Shown: positions 18,743 to 31,100, counted from the first letter of the stretch. The stretch is DNA of 64,000 nucleotides from Candidatus Omnitrophota bacterium (GCA_015231405.1 JADGBR010000001.1:385762-449761); one strand, 5' to 3'. The notes: generated by a model not told the origin, from the sequence alone. A program made the numbers and translations.

Positions 18743-21700
18743 ATGGTCATAAAATATGAAAGGGTTAACTTTACATTAATAAACTTATTGATATCAATTT
18801 TATTGATTTATCCAAACGAGGCACATTCGCAGGACCAGGATAACTCTTCGATTGGTTTGAATAAGACCGAGATCGTTTTAGAAAGTTTCCAGGGGGAAGC
18901 GGCTAAAACAGCTTCGTTCACGATCACCAATCAGACAGGCGAAGAAAGGTCATATATGGCGATCAAGGATTCGCCATGGGTGTCGGTTAAGCCGGTAAAA
19001 TGCGCGTTAAAGGCCGGTGAAGGCAAAGAAATTGAAGTGTCGTTCGATACCTCAAAAATGGATCCGGGAGAACACAAAGCGGCTATAAGCGTTGAGGAAC
19101 CTCTTACCGACGCGAATGCAGAGACGATAAAGATCAGTGTGACGATCAAGCCCAGGGTAATGATACTTGTTAACCCGGCCGCAATATCCTCAAAGCTCAC
19201 AGCCGGGAAGTCGGATAAAGGGGCTTTCAAAGTCAGTAGCGCTGGGGCCGATAAAGTGTTTTATAAGATCTCTTCCGATGTCACATGGGTCTCTTTCGAT
19301 ACAAGGGGCGGGGTTATATTTAAAGGCGATATAGCCGATGTTATGTTCGATATCTCGACGGAAGGTCTTCCTCCGGGTGAACATAAAGCCGCTATAAAAG
19401 TTGAAAGTTCAGAAGCCGCGAATAGCCCCCAGACGATAGATCTCGCGTTGACAGTAACGGATGACGGGCCAAAGCCGAAGATAGAAATAAGCGCGGACGC
19501 GCTTGAATATGAAGTTAAAGGCAAAGACCCTTCACTGCCTCAGGCTTTTCTGATCTCGAATGAGGGAGGTGGCAAGCTCAACGCGAAAATATCGGCGAAT
19601 GTTCCATGGTTAAAGATCTCGCCGGATTCGGGTAAGGCTGGGAAGAATGAGGATATAATAATTTCTGTTTTTTGCGTGAACGAAGGGTTATCGGCAGGCG
19701 ATAATAAGGGCGTAATAACCGTTTCCGGCGATAACGCCTCAAATAGCCCGATCGAGATAGCGGTCAGCGCGAATTATGAGGAAAAACCCGAAAAGAACAC
19801 GGAGGATAAAGAGCCCGAAATACGTATCGATCCGGCCGAACTTACCGCGCGCGCGGCGCGGGGCAAGGACCCTATGAAGGGCGCTCTTTACATTGAAAAT
19901 TCCGGTAAAGTCGACCTTGTTTACGAGATCGTAACAGAAGATAAATGGCTGTCAGTTAAACCGTCGAAAAAAGAGCTAAAGCCCGGCGAAAGGTCCGAAT
20001 TAGAGGTCATCTACAAGACATCTGACCTTGGCGTTGACGCGTATTCCTCGGAGATGGATGTTAAGGTAAAAGACTCGGATACGGTCTATGCGATACCGGT
20101 AGCGCTTACGGTCGATCCGCAAAAAAGCGGAGTTAAAAAGAAAGAGACATTGAGCTCCGAGGAGGCGAACGAATGGTGGCAGAAAAGCCCGTGGAATAAA
20201 ATGCCTGAAAAGGGTGAGACCATATACACAAGAGGGACGCTTCCGCCTCGCCCGCTTATCCCGTTCATCATGACATTTGGGAATAAAGCGGATAAAGACA
20301 TATCATATATGGATTTCAGGGACAATAAGGAGATCACTCTGAGTTATGGCGATTGGAATAAACACATGGGCAGCATTTCCTTTACTGACGAAAATGGCAA
20401 GTTCCTTTATGGGGTAGGCGATCCTATCCTATGGGAAGTCACTGTCAACTATGCCCTTTACAGCCCCTGGGCGGAACGCTGGGGATACGCCCTGGAAAAA
20501 TATTATTACGCCGGATCATATTATGAAGGTTGGACAAGCGAGCCTTTATCCGGGACAGACGCGGATGAGGCGGTCATCATTAAAAAGCCGGAGTTTAACG
20601 ATAAAGGGAAAAAGGTTCGAGAACAATGTCATCTTATCGCGGTTAAGGGAGGAGCCGTTGTCGATATATACGGGACGATTAATATCGAAGTATGCGTAAA
20701 AGTAATGGGTAAAGAGATCGATCTTAAAGAATTACTGGAGCAGGCTTTAAAACAGACTTCCGATAAGAAATGGACGAGTTTATATAAGCCCGATAAAGGC
20801 GATCCACGATACGATAATTTACTACCGCGGCTAAAGCCGTTTGTCAGGAATATGGGCACGCTTGACCCGCATTTCATTGATTACCGTCCTTTGGCCGGAG
20901 GTAATGACGTTAATAAGCAGATCAGCCTGGGATATACTACTTTCACGCTTCCTAATAAAGCAAAAGAATGGAGATGCGAGGTCAATAACCTTTCTTTCTT
21001 CTATCCTGACAATAACGGGAAGGAACAGTCGGAAAATATGGTTAAATACAGCTTAGAAGGCTATAAACAGGGATATTACGCTAACTTGCATGAAACTCAT
21101 CCCATATCAAAAGGTGACGAAGGCTATCTAGTGATCTTGTACAACACCGATAACAATGGCGAAAAATACCTGTCAGGATACCAGTATATAATCCGTGTCG
21201 GTACATCCGTGATTAAATTTGCTTTTTCTGAAGGTAAGGGAGAACCTCCGGCTGAGATCGTCGATGACCTTATCGCTCTCGCAGGTAAAATGGATTATGA
21301 CGAATTGTTTAACGAAGCTTACGCCCAGATCACATCAGGTGAGATAAGCGTCCAGGAAGATATCCCTAATGAACCTGACTTTTCCTTAGATGCCGAACCT
21401 TTCGAGATAACCGGGCCCGAAGATGTCTCCGAAGAAGACACGCCGCAAGCTATAAACCCTCAGGTCGGTCAAAATAACCAGGCCTTGAACGCGGCGAATA
21501 CCCCAAAAACCGGAGACAAAAGCGCTAACGGCCTTGTATATTCCGAAACTTTCAATGATTGGGTTAAACCGTCGGTTTATGATAACGAGATCAAACAGAA
21601 AGAGGCCGGGCGCATATGGATGGGCGACAAACGCGGATGGGAAACGGCCGATGAAACAAAGGATAAAGACGCGCTGAATGAACGTTATGAGACTGGCCGA

Positions 21701-23263
21701 AAAGAGTCTGACGCGGCTATGAGTGCTGCGCTTAAGACTATTACGGACGATATCAGCGCGACAAAGAATAAGATCAACGAAATGGAATCCAGACGTGAAA
21801 AGACCCAAGCGCTGCGCGATAAGTTGAACCAGCTTGAAGACGAAAGAAAACAGGCTGAAATTGACTCAAGATGGAACGGCAGCGCTGTCCTAAGCGATAC
21901 CGCTTATAAGGTTGGCCGCGAAGCCTTTACGGGGTCAAACGAGGACGGGGAGACATCATATAAAGCCATGGCCCTTAGAATGCTCATGGGAGCCGCTACC
22001 GGAGGAACATCGGAAGCCGTTTACCAGACCGCCGACGCCGGTTATCGCATACATGATAATGTACTTAACGGCGACAGCGTTACAAAGGCCATAATAAGGA
22101 CGGCCGGAACTATGGCGGTCGAGGAAGTCATAGGCCGGGCACAGGGCGCGGTTATATCCTGGGGATTGAATAAAGGTTCTTCTGTAGCTAAAAAAGTGCT
22201 GGGAGGCGCCGCCAACTCATCATCTGAGAACATTGACATAACTCCTCAAATAGCCAAAAAAGAACAAGCCATGAAAAAAGCGTTAACATTAAAGAACGAG
22301 ACGCAAAAAGTCGAAGCCGTCAAAAAGTTGTACCAGGAAGGCGGCATGAAGGACCTGTCAGCGCTTGAAAGGTCAGGGCGCATCAATGCCGTCGAAGCTA
22401 AAGAGATCAATAAAATTATAACGAAAGAGGTTAATGAAGCCGTCGATAAAGGCGTAAAAAGTACCATCCAGCGCTTCAAAAAAGCTACAGGCGTCGATAT
22501 CAGCGAAGTAATGGTTGGAGACTCAGGCTCAAGCGCCGGTAAGCTATTCCGCTCGGTCAATACCGACGCCGACAGGACGACCCTGGTTACGTTCAAGAAA
22601 GAAAGTCTCCAAAAATACGCCGATACGAATTGCGGCGGAGATGTTTCAAAAGCTTATGACGAGCTATCAAAGTCATTTGCCAAGGACCAGGACAAGCAGG
22701 TGAACAAATTTCTAATGAAAAAAGGCCTCACGGCCGGAGATGTCGACTATAAGACCTATGACAGGATAGGTTCCTCCTCAGGCCATGCCGATTCATATTC
22801 GGATGGTTTTGTGAGGACACAGCAGGCGGCAAAAGGAACAACTACGGTTTATACAGGTCTCGGCGGGAACGGCCAGGTAAAAGCCTATAAGACCTCTGGC
22901 CAGGCTATGACCGACCGCGAGGCCCTCAACAGGCTCGATATCTCCGGTGATAGGGCTTTACTGACGAGCGGTCCCAAAATAACCGCATCAGAATCGAATT
23001 CCATCATCGGACAACAGATGAAAGCCCTTTCAAAGCCGGATATAAGCGCGGAAAAAGCGTCGAAAGCGTTGCTCCGAACGGATAAAGCCGAAGCTTTAAT
23101 GAATAATAAGAATATTGACCCTGATCTCATCGAAAAAGCCCGTCTGATCCGCGAAAGACCCCAGGACGTTTCAAAGATCCTTGGAGACACCAGTGAAAAG
23201 GAATTTGTGGAAAATATAAGGAAAGCCGTCAATAGTTCAGGCGTACGGAACGGTGAAAAGTAA
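18743..23263 (+). CDS. Secreted/surface protein (1506 aa) with about four Ig/BACON-like beta-sandwich repeats and a long Lys/Ala-rich coiled-coil C-terminal region; adhesin-like
   Basis: GGAGG lies 5 nt upstream of the ATG. Signal peptide MVIKYERVNFTLINLLISILLIYPNEAHS. Repeated ~100-aa modules with the pattern W(V/L)S(V/F)xPxxGxLxxGExxxAxIxVE...TIxI. Example: SPWVSVKPVKCALKAGEGKEIEVSFDTSKMDPGEHKAAISVEEP. The repeats span 18860-20120. Heptad-like segment NKINEMESRREKTQALRDKLNQLEDERKQAEID. Confidence 0.85.
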   Translation: MVIKYERVNFTLINLLISILLIYPNEAHSQDQDNSSIGLNKTEIVLESFQGEAAKTASFTITNQTGEERSYMAIKDSPWVSVKPVKCALKAGEGKEIEVSFDTSKMDPGEHKAAISVEEPLTDANAETIKISVTIKPRVMILVNPAAISSKLTAGKSDKGAFKVSSAGADKVFYKISSDVTWVSFDTRGGVIFKGDIADVMFDISTEGLPPGEHKAAIKVESSEAANSPQTIDLALTVTDDGPKPKIEISADALEYEVKGKDPSLPQAFLISNEGGGKLNAKISANVPWLKISPDSGKAGKNEDIIISVFCVNEGLSAGDNKGVITVSGDNASNSPIEIAVSANYEEKPEKNTEDKEPEIRIDPAELTARAARGKDPMKGALYIENSGKVDLVYEIVTEDKWLSVKPSKKELKPGERSELEVIYKTSDLGVDAYSSEMDVKVKDSDTVYAIPVALTVDPQKSGVKKKETLSSEEANEWWQKSPWNKMPEKGETIYTRGTLPPRPLIPFIMTFGNKADKDISYMDFRDNKEITLSYGDWNKHMGSISFTDENGKFLYGVGDPILWEVTVNYALYSPWAERWGYALEKYYYAGSYYEGWTSEPLSGTDADEAVIIKKPEFNDKGKKVREQCHLIAVKGGAVVDIYGTINIEVCVKVMGKEIDLKELLEQALKQTSDKKWTSLYKPDKGDPRYDNLLPRLKPFVRNMGTLDPHFIDYRPLAGGNDVNKQISLGYTTFTLPNKAKEWRCEVNNLSFFYPDNNGKEQSENMVKYSLEGYKQGYYANLHETHPISKGDEGYLVILYNTDNNGEKYLSGYQYIIRVGTSVIKFAFSEGKGEPPAEIVDDLIALAGKMDYDELFNEAYAQITSGEISVQEDIPNEPDFSLDAEPFEITGPEDVSEEDTPQAINPQVGQNNQALNAANTPKTGDKSANGLVYSETFNDWVKPSVYDNEIKQKEAGRIWMGDKRGWETADETKDKDALNERYETGRKESDAAMSAALKTITDDISATKNKINEMESRREKTQALRDKLNQLEDERKQAEIDSRWNGSAVLSDTAYKVGREAFTGSNEDGETSYKAMALRMLMGAATGGTSEAVYQTADAGYRIHDNVLNGDSVTKAIIRTAGTMAVEEVIGRAQGAVISWGLNKGSSVAKKVLGGAANSSSENIDITPQIAKKEQAMKKALTLKNETQKVEAVKKLYQEGGMKDLSALERSGRINAVEAKEINKIITKEVNEAVDKGVKSTIQRFKKATGVDISEVMVGDSGSSAGKLFRSVNTDADRTTLVTFKKESLQKYADTNCGGDVSKAYDELSKSFAKDQDKQVNKFLMKKGLTAGDVDYKTYDRIGSSSGHADSYSDGFVRTQQAAKGTTTVYTGLGGNGQVKAYKTSGQAMTDREALNRLDISGDRALLTSGPKITASESNSIIGQQMKALSKPDISAEKASKALLRTDKAEALMNNKNIDPDLIEKARLIRERPQDVSKILGDTSEKEFVENIRKAVNSSGVRNGEK

Positions 23264-23299
23264 TACCATGAGTTACAAAATATGTGATAGGATATGTAA

Positions 23300-24856
23300 A
23301 TGAACCTTAAAGATAATAACAATAAGCCGCATCATTCCGAAGAGGAGATCCAAAAGTGTATAGATATCCTGACAACGCTTGTCGGTGATAATAAATACCT
23401 GGCGCAGTTATCGGAAGAGAAGCGCAAGACTCTTTTGAACGTGTCCGGCCAGCTCTCCAGGCCTGACCGTGATGAAATTAGAAGACGCAGGATGGCGAGC
23501 CGGGCCGAGAAAAAGAAGAAGATCGTAACATATGAGCGAGAACTTCGCGCGGCGACCGGTATCCGAAGCGCCCGAGAGGCGTCTGTATTTACCGCGCCTA
23601 AACAGATCGCGCCTGAGGATGGAGCAATAAAAGACAAACAGCCGGAACTAGTCAATTCCCGTGACTGTTATATCTGTAAAAGCGCTTTTACCAAGGTCCA
23701 TTTCTTTTACGACGCTTTATGCCCGAGCTGCGCTGATTTCAATTACAATAAACGTTTTCAGACGGCTCCTTTAACGGGCCAGGTGGCATTGATAACGGGA
23801 TCCAGGTTGAAGATAGGGTATCAGGCGACGCTCATGATGCTCCGGGCCGGCGCCAGGGTCATCGCCACTACGCGCTTTCCGGTAGATTCAGCGCTCCGCT
23901 ATTCACGCGAAAAAGATTTTGACGAGTGGAAGGACCGCTTACATGTGTATGGCCTTGATCTAAGGCATACACCGAGCGTTGAGATATTCTGTAACTATAT
24001 CGAGCAGAAATATGACCGCCTGGATCTATTGATAAATAACGCGGCTCAAACCGTGCGCCGTCCGCCGGGATTTTACGCTCATTTGATCGATAATGAGAAA
24101 AAACAAGCTGATGATCTTCCGGAAAGCGTCAGAATGCTTCTGAGGCCTTTTGATGAGTGTAAAAAGCAACTTAGGGCTATGGACCATAACAACGAGACTA
24201 CTGACCTGTCTCTTCCTGCATCCTGGAACGGGAAAGCCCCGGGTATAGGGATATTCGCCTCGGCCAGGCTCTCTCAAGTGCCGTACGCGTACGATCACTC
24301 TCTGCCCGTCGAACAAGTCTTCCCAAAAGGCGAATTGGACGCCGATCTTCAGCAGGTCGATCTCAGGGCGACCAACAGCTGGCGCCTTCGCCTGGGCCAG
24401 ATACCGACCGCCGAGATGTTCGAATTACAGCTCGTGAACGCTATCGCGCCGTTCGTCCTCTGTAACAGGCTGTCGGTGATGATGAAACGCCAGAATACCG
24501 GCCAGAAACATATAGTCAATGTCTCCGCAATGGAAGGAAAGTTCAGCCGCTACATCAAAACCGCCTGTCATCCTCATACAAACATGGCTAAAGCCGGTTT
24601 GAATATGCTAACCCATACCTCAGCTCGAGACCTTGTCGAAAGCGGTATCTTCATGAATTCCGTCGATACCGGCTGGGTCACCGACGAGGACCCCGCCGCG
24701 CTTTCCAAACGCAAGCAGGAAATCCTGGATTTCCAGCCGCCCCTGGATATAGTCGACGGCGCCGCCAGAGTTTGCGACCCGTTTTTTGACGGAATACTTA
24801 CTGGTAAACACTGGTGCGGCAGGTTCCTCAAGGACTATTTCCCTGTAGAATGGTGA
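23300..24856 (+). CDS. Short-chain dehydrogenase/reductase (SDR) family oxidoreductase with an N-terminal extension containing a CxxC...CxxC zinc-ribbon-like motif
   Basis: 518-aa ORF. Rossmann motif [35 protein letters not shown] motif LLINNAAQT. Possible active-site Y..K region in [15 protein letters not shown]-terminal segment [27 protein letters not shown]. Confidence 0.65.
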   Translation: MNLKDNNNKPHHSEEEIQKCIDILTTLVGDNKYLAQLSEEKRKTLLNVSGQLSRPDRDEIRRRRMASRAEKKKKIVTYERELRAATGIRSAREASVFTAPKQIAPEDGAIKDKQPELVNSRDCYICKSAFTKVHFFYDALCPSCADFNYNKRFQTAPLTGQVALITGSRLKIGYQATLMMLRAGARVIATTRFPVDSALRYSREKDFDEWKDRLHVYGLDLRHTPSVEIFCNYIEQKYDRLDLLINNAAQTVRRPPGFYAHLIDNEKKQADDLPESVRMLLRPFDECKKQLRAMDHNNETTDLSLPASWNGKAPGIGIFASARLSQVPYAYDHSLPVEQVFPKGELDADLQQVDLRATNSWRLRLGQIPTAEMFELQLVNAIAPFVLCNRLSVMMKRQNTGQKHIVNVSAMEGKFSRYIKTACHPHTNMAKAGLNMLTHTSARDLVESGIFMNSVDTGWVTDEDPAALSKRKQEILDFQPPLDIVDGAARVCDPFFDGILTGKHWCGRFLKDYFPVEW

Positions 24857-25197
24857 TATCGTAGATACATACAAACATTCTAGTATTTCAGTTTTCTTCA
24901 GCAAGTCGGTCATCGCTTCATATGGCATCACCATGCATTAGTATATTATAAATCTATATATTTTTTTTGCAAAATACTGTAATTAAACTAGTTTAATCAA
25001 TATACCATGATAACTTACGAAAATGTACACATGTTATTAGAATCATGATTTTCGACTAGTTAGCTCTAAAAAATGGTCATCATTATTCATTAGTTAGTAT
25101 TCTAAAAATTAAGTTATATTTTTTGCCTCTGACATACCCACAGTGTAATATTATTATATAAGTTTATAATAAGCTAACGCCAAGGGGATTTCATTGC
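24857..25197 (+). promoter_or_regulatory. Strongly AT-rich 340-bp upstream region of giant gene 2 with direct repeats TAGTTAG(N3-4)TCTAAAAATT
   Basis: Roughly 75% A+T against about 48% G+C elsewhere. Direct repeat copies at 25057-25074 and 25091-25110. RBS-like AAGGGGA lies 9 nt before the ATG at 25198. Confidence 0.4.
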
Positions 25198-28100
25198 ATG
25201 AAATTTAAAAACTTTGTAAAAATTACAGCTATCCTGGTAACTGTTTCGTTCCTCCAACAGAGTACGTTCGGATACGCTCAATTCGAGTATGGGGATAGCA
25301 CTATCACTAAGACCGATCTAGGCGGGAATGTAGAGGAGAAAAGCGTATCATTTGTGCCGTCTTCTTTAGCCACAATAAAAAGATCCTATACCGGCGATGA
25401 TAAGAACGCGCCCGGAATCATACATATCCAGGATGCCCATTGCGTTTATCCGTGCCAGGAGAGGATAAATACCATATTGGAACATTTGGAAAAAGACCGC
25501 GGGATAAAAAGGATTTTTCTCGAGGGCGGTTCGGGCCGGTATGACCTTACGGTCTTCAGGCAAATAGCTGACAGGGAATTGAGAAGAGAGGTGTCGGAAG
25601 TTTTTATGAAAGAGGGCGTAATTAACGCCGCCGAGTATTTCGCGGCGAATAGCGACAGGGAGATCGAGCTTATAGGGGTCGAGGATCCGGCTCTATACAT
25701 GAGGAATCTAGGCGTTTTCAGGGAGACGAATAAGTCCATCGCGGATGAGACGGGGCTACTCGAGAAGTTCAAAGTTCTTATGAAAAAGATAGCTTCCGGA
25801 GTTTTTTCTGAGGATCTGGCCGTATTTTACAGTTTTTACGAGGGGCATAAGACGGATAAGATCGGACTTGCCGAATATATCATGTACCTTTCCAAGGTGA
25901 CTGGGGCCGCCCCGGGTATGAGATCACCGGACGCCGGGAACATAGCGAAGATAATGAAAATATCCGCGATGGAAAAAGCCGTCGATTTCAGGAAAGCCGA
26001 AAAGGAAAGAACGGATATGCTGGATCACCTTTTCAGGACCCTACCAAATTCGATAAAAGAGAGGCTCTTGACCGAGATGGTCGCGTACAAGAAAGGGGAA
26101 CGTTTAGACCTTGAGTTCAACGAGTATCTTGCTGGCGTATTCGGGAATACGGGTGAAAGCGCCGGGGTACGTCATGAGGAGCTGGATAAATATATCGAGT
26201 ATTTGAGGGAATGGTCTGGAGTGGACAGCTTTAAACTGATGGAAGAGATACCGCTCATGGAGAACGAGATTAAAAAGCGCTTCGCCGCGAACGCGGGAGA
26301 GCGAACTCTCGTAGATATCTGGGACAGGGTCGAGCAAACTGAAAAAATCCTAGGGTTCAAGCTTGTGAGCGACGAATATGTCCGGATCAAAACCGATACG
26401 TTTAAATACACTTTCGGGGGGATACTTGAGGATATGAGGAAAGCGTTCGCAGTGGATTTTTCAGAAGATATTGAAGACCTGGTAGCCGAGTTGGGAAAAG
26501 CGGATCGGGATAACCGGTTAATTAAAAATGTCCTGGGATTTTACGAATACTCGTTCGAGCGGGACGGGGTTTTTATCGAGGAGATAAACAACGCCGGGCG
26601 GCAGGGAAACGGTGCCGGCGACGGGGTTAGTGTTTTTATGACGGGAGGGTTCCACACCGGCAATATCTGCTCGCTTTTAGAGAAGAACGGCATGTCTTAT
26701 GTTTCGGTCATACCGAAATTCGACAACGAGGAAGGTTCGTCCGAGAGGTATTTCGGGATACTCGCCGGTAAGAGGGAGGGCCTCGTGGGCGGTATAACCG
26801 CGGCGATGTCGAACCTTCAGGTCCCGACGCTCCTCGACCAGGCGCTCGGCGCGGAAGTGTGGGGGAAGGGCGGAATAGGGCGGATGGAAGCGGCGGTATA
26901 TGTTCAGACGCTGGTCTCAAAAGGATATAGGGTAGAGATATACGACGATGTGACGGGAGAAACTCTTTTCTCTTACGGTAAGGGCGGAAAACTCATCCGC
27001 TGCGCCCGGACGAATTTCCCGCGAGAGGTGCATGAGAGATTTATAGCCGAGACGGAGGGCGATGCCGGCAAGGCAGGCATCGCGGGTGAGGAAGTGGCGG
27101 ACGACGCGAATGTGAACGCGGAGAATGTCGGGAAGGTACTTAAGGAAAGGGTGTACCTGCGGGATGAAGAGCTTGAAGCGCTAGTTAGCGGTGTCATAGA
27201 CTACCATAGCAAATTTAACGAGCTACTTGAAGGGGTAAGGAAGGCGGCGTCCGACCCCGCAAGGTTCAAGATATCCATACGCGAAATAAAAAGGTTCTCG
27301 GATGATTTTAAACGCATTTTTCTCGCGCTTGTAGCATCAGGCTATGAGAGGACGGATTCACTGACCACGGCTATAGGGTACGCTTCAAGGAATATCTACA
27401 TGGATATGCTCGACGAGAAAAGTCCTGAGTATCAGGCCATGGCTCGATTAATGGCGGATACCGATATTTTAAGTATCCCCGGGATCGTAAAAGGGAACGG
27501 CGATAACCTGTTTGACAGGACATACGCTAAAGTTGCCAGGGCTATTGATAGCGGGATACCCGCGCTATTCATAAAAGACAAGGATGCGCTCGGGGCTCTC
27601 GAGCGGGCGATAAAGAAATACTCGCAAAAACCCGGAGTCAAGGTCGTGAATATGGAATGCACGCCGGCGAGCGACTCGGCTCAGCTTATCGGCGGGTTCA
27701 TGCCGAAGGGGAGGGTCGATGTCGCGGAGGCTTACAAACGGGTGGGTATGGCTATAAGCGGCAAAGCCGCTTTATCGATAATCGAAATACTCGCTGAACT
27801 TCTCGATAAAAAGAAAGAAGAGGTCACCGAAAAGGAAAGAAAGGACTTCACGGAGATATATGACGAGGGGAAGGGCGACGAAGGGCTAATTATAGCCGCG
27901 GCTATGGTCCTAGAGGACCCGAAGTCGTGGCGTAACAAGCTAGTTTACGAAAAAGGGCTGCTCGCGCGTATCATCGATAAATGCAAAGAGGATAAGGACA
28001 CGACTTATATTTTCAACATTGAGAACATAGAAGCCCTCCCCGGAAGGATCCGCGCCCAGCTTAACGCTTTCCTCCTGACAGGCGAACTCCGCGTCCCCGG

Positions 28101-31100
28101 CGCTCCCGGAAAAAAGGACAGAAAACTTATCGCCCCGAAGAACCTCCGGATAATAGCGTCGATGAGCGATGAGGCGGTACTGGAGGACGGAGCTTTCTAC
28201 GACAGGTTCCTCCGGAAAAAAGTCGCAGGAGCGAATGAAGATGACTTTAGAGCCTTGGCAAAAAAGGATCTTCCCGAAATAAAGGAAGATACCGTAAAGT
28301 TCCTGTTAAAATTCAGGGAAGAGCTGAATTCCGGGGTATCCGAATGTTCCCTTGCCGATCTGATGGGCATCGTTAAATATGCCGCGGAAGCGGCATCCGT
28401 AAATGGCGACAGTGTGGATCAGTTAGTTATCGCGGCCTATGAAACAGGGAAATATTTTGACGCTAAGGGCGTTTCAAAGGAGAAGAGGGCGGATCATGAT
28501 TCCGTCGTTATGACATCGTTCGCCGCGATGAATGATGACAGTTCATTGGCTCCGGGTGATGTGAGCGGAGTATTAGATCTTTTCTGGGATCCGGCGAGGC
28601 CCGGCTCGGGCCCTCCGACCTTCGCGTGGGGCGGTCCGGGAGGGCTGGACAGGGCGACGCTTATAAAGATCTTGCGTCATATAGCCGTCGTCGCGGGCGG
28701 CAAAAGCGAGATGACGATGGGGGAAATGTCCGGCGTATTTCAGGATGAGTTCGGCGCTCTTTTAAATACTGAAGTGGTGGATCGGTATAAAGGGAAATTC
28801 GGGGATAAACCGGTCGATGAGTTCGTGTCTCTCCTCGTATTTGCCGTTGATGGGAATGACAGAAGTGGCGTAATAGTAAATCTTCTCGAGCCGTTCGGTC
28901 CGGCCGCGGGTGGGGCGGGAACGGATATCGCCGAACTTATGAAAGTAAAGAACTCGGGCATGAGATATGACCGGGGCGAGAAAAAAATAATTTTTGATAT
29001 TTACGCTCCCGGACTTAAGATCAATAAAGATATTTCGGATAAGCTCGAGCGGTATATCTCGGACAGGGTTAAGCAAAAGGGTAAGGGGGGATTCTCCCCG
29101 GATGACGAAGATGGGGCTATCCGAGACTTTTTCATGGACGAGCTCGACTATTTCATCGGCACCGACGAAAAACGCATGCTTTCAGCGGTAGCGCGGTCGA
29201 TGGAATACGGTAACGGGGTCATAAGGATAGAAGGCGCGACCGGCGCCGGTAAAACTTATACGGCTGAGCTGCTCTCCCGCATCATGGATTTCGGCGATGA
29301 AGTGAGGTCGCGTTTCTATTCGGAGCCGGTCAATAAGGAGACCAAACTCGCGAGGTTCCTCGGCTATTTTCGCGCCGACAAGTTCGGCTATTACTCCATA
29401 GACCAGACGACCCCTTTCCTGGATATCTTAAAATATGGCGGCGTTGCCGCCGTATCCGAGATGAATACGTCCGTTAAGGACGAATACGCCAAACTCGCCT
29501 GGTGGTTCATCCAGTTCGCCCGCGGAGACAGGGAGATATTCCTGAACGAATATCCCAGGAAGGGCGAGAACGGCGCCATAAGCCCGTCGATAAAGAGACA
29601 CCCGAAGGCGCTCATCATAATCGACGTTAACCCCGAAGATTACGAGGGGAGGGGCAAATTCCCGCGCGAGCTTATCGAGAACACCCCGAGCGTTTATGTC
29701 GACGAGAAAATGAACGATCTGGAGCATATTAAAAAAGTGACGAGAGCGTTCCTGAAACATATAGACGACGGCGAAAAGAAAGACGCGCTCGTCGACTTCA
29801 TAGCAGGCGCGCATGTGAAGATCTTCGACAAGGTGAAAGAAGCGAACGAGAACGGGGACAGGTATCCGCCTTTGAGTTACAGGGAGCTCGCGAGGGTCAC
29901 GAAGAGCATACCCGCGGGGCTTGCCATGAATGAGTCCCTGGTCATGGCCGAAAAAGCGGTGAACAAATATTACATCAAGGCGTTCGTTTCGGAACAGATA
30001 AAAAGCGATCTGAAATTAGGTCTTCTATTGTGGTCGGCTACCGAGGAGAGGGACGAGATAATAAAAGATGTTCTGTTCGGCAACCCAGAGGGAAGGAGCC
30101 CGCCTGTCCTGGTCACATCTTCGTCTGATGAAAACCCGTTCGAGGATATCGATTCGGCGGTCAATATGTTCAAAGAAGAGAACCCCGATAAAGAACTTTA
30201 CCGTGAACGCGTGAGGGTAACCTGGTTCGATGACGAGTTCAAGCTTTTCGGCGGGTTCCTGCCGATATCCATCAGGGAAAAAGCCTCTGCAGCCGCGGAG
30301 AGGTTAAAGGTCCTCCTTGCCGACGCCGGGACGAGAGATAAGGCGAACGGTATATACAGGGAGCTTCAGGCGAAGAGCGCTCAGCCTGTCAACGACCTCC
30401 CCGAAGATATTTCCGGCCTCGGCGATAACTTCATCCTTTCTTTAAGCGAAGCTCTTGACGCGCTCCGGAGCGGGCGTGAATGGACCCAGGCGCTCAGGTA
30501 TGAGAACGGGATAATACCGAGGCTTATCGATGAGGCGGAGAGAGAGCGGAAAGCTAAAGGCAAAGACGCGAAAATATTCATTATCGAACTCGAGAATATC
30601 CACAGGATAAAACCTGGTCTCGCCGTCGCGTTCAACTCGATCCTGCAGGAAGGCTACTATTATGATCCCGCGAGCCATACGAGAAAACAGGTCCCCGCCA
30701 ACCTGAAGTTCGTCGCGACAAGCGTAAGCGAATCGCCCCTTCCGTTCTCCGTGGCTGAAGAATCGAGGTGGGTGAGGCTTAAACAGACCGAGAGGGTTTT
30801 TGACCCCCTGGACACGGGTTCCGCTTTTCAGGGGATCATACCGGCCATGATACGGGATGAGCGGAAAAAGAGAGTGGAGGCCGGCATGCCGGACGGCGGG
30901 GAAGATCCGTCTACGGACGACTTAAATAAAGTCACGCAGTCTGTGCTGGCATATCTTAGGCCATATTTCATAAATCACCTGACATCGAGCAAAGAAGCTA
31001 AGATATTTGTAGCGGATTTCATCAAGGAGCTTACCAGCATTCCCGATATGGTAAAACTCATACGTGATGACGACGAGGGCTTTTTAAGGCTGATCTCGCG

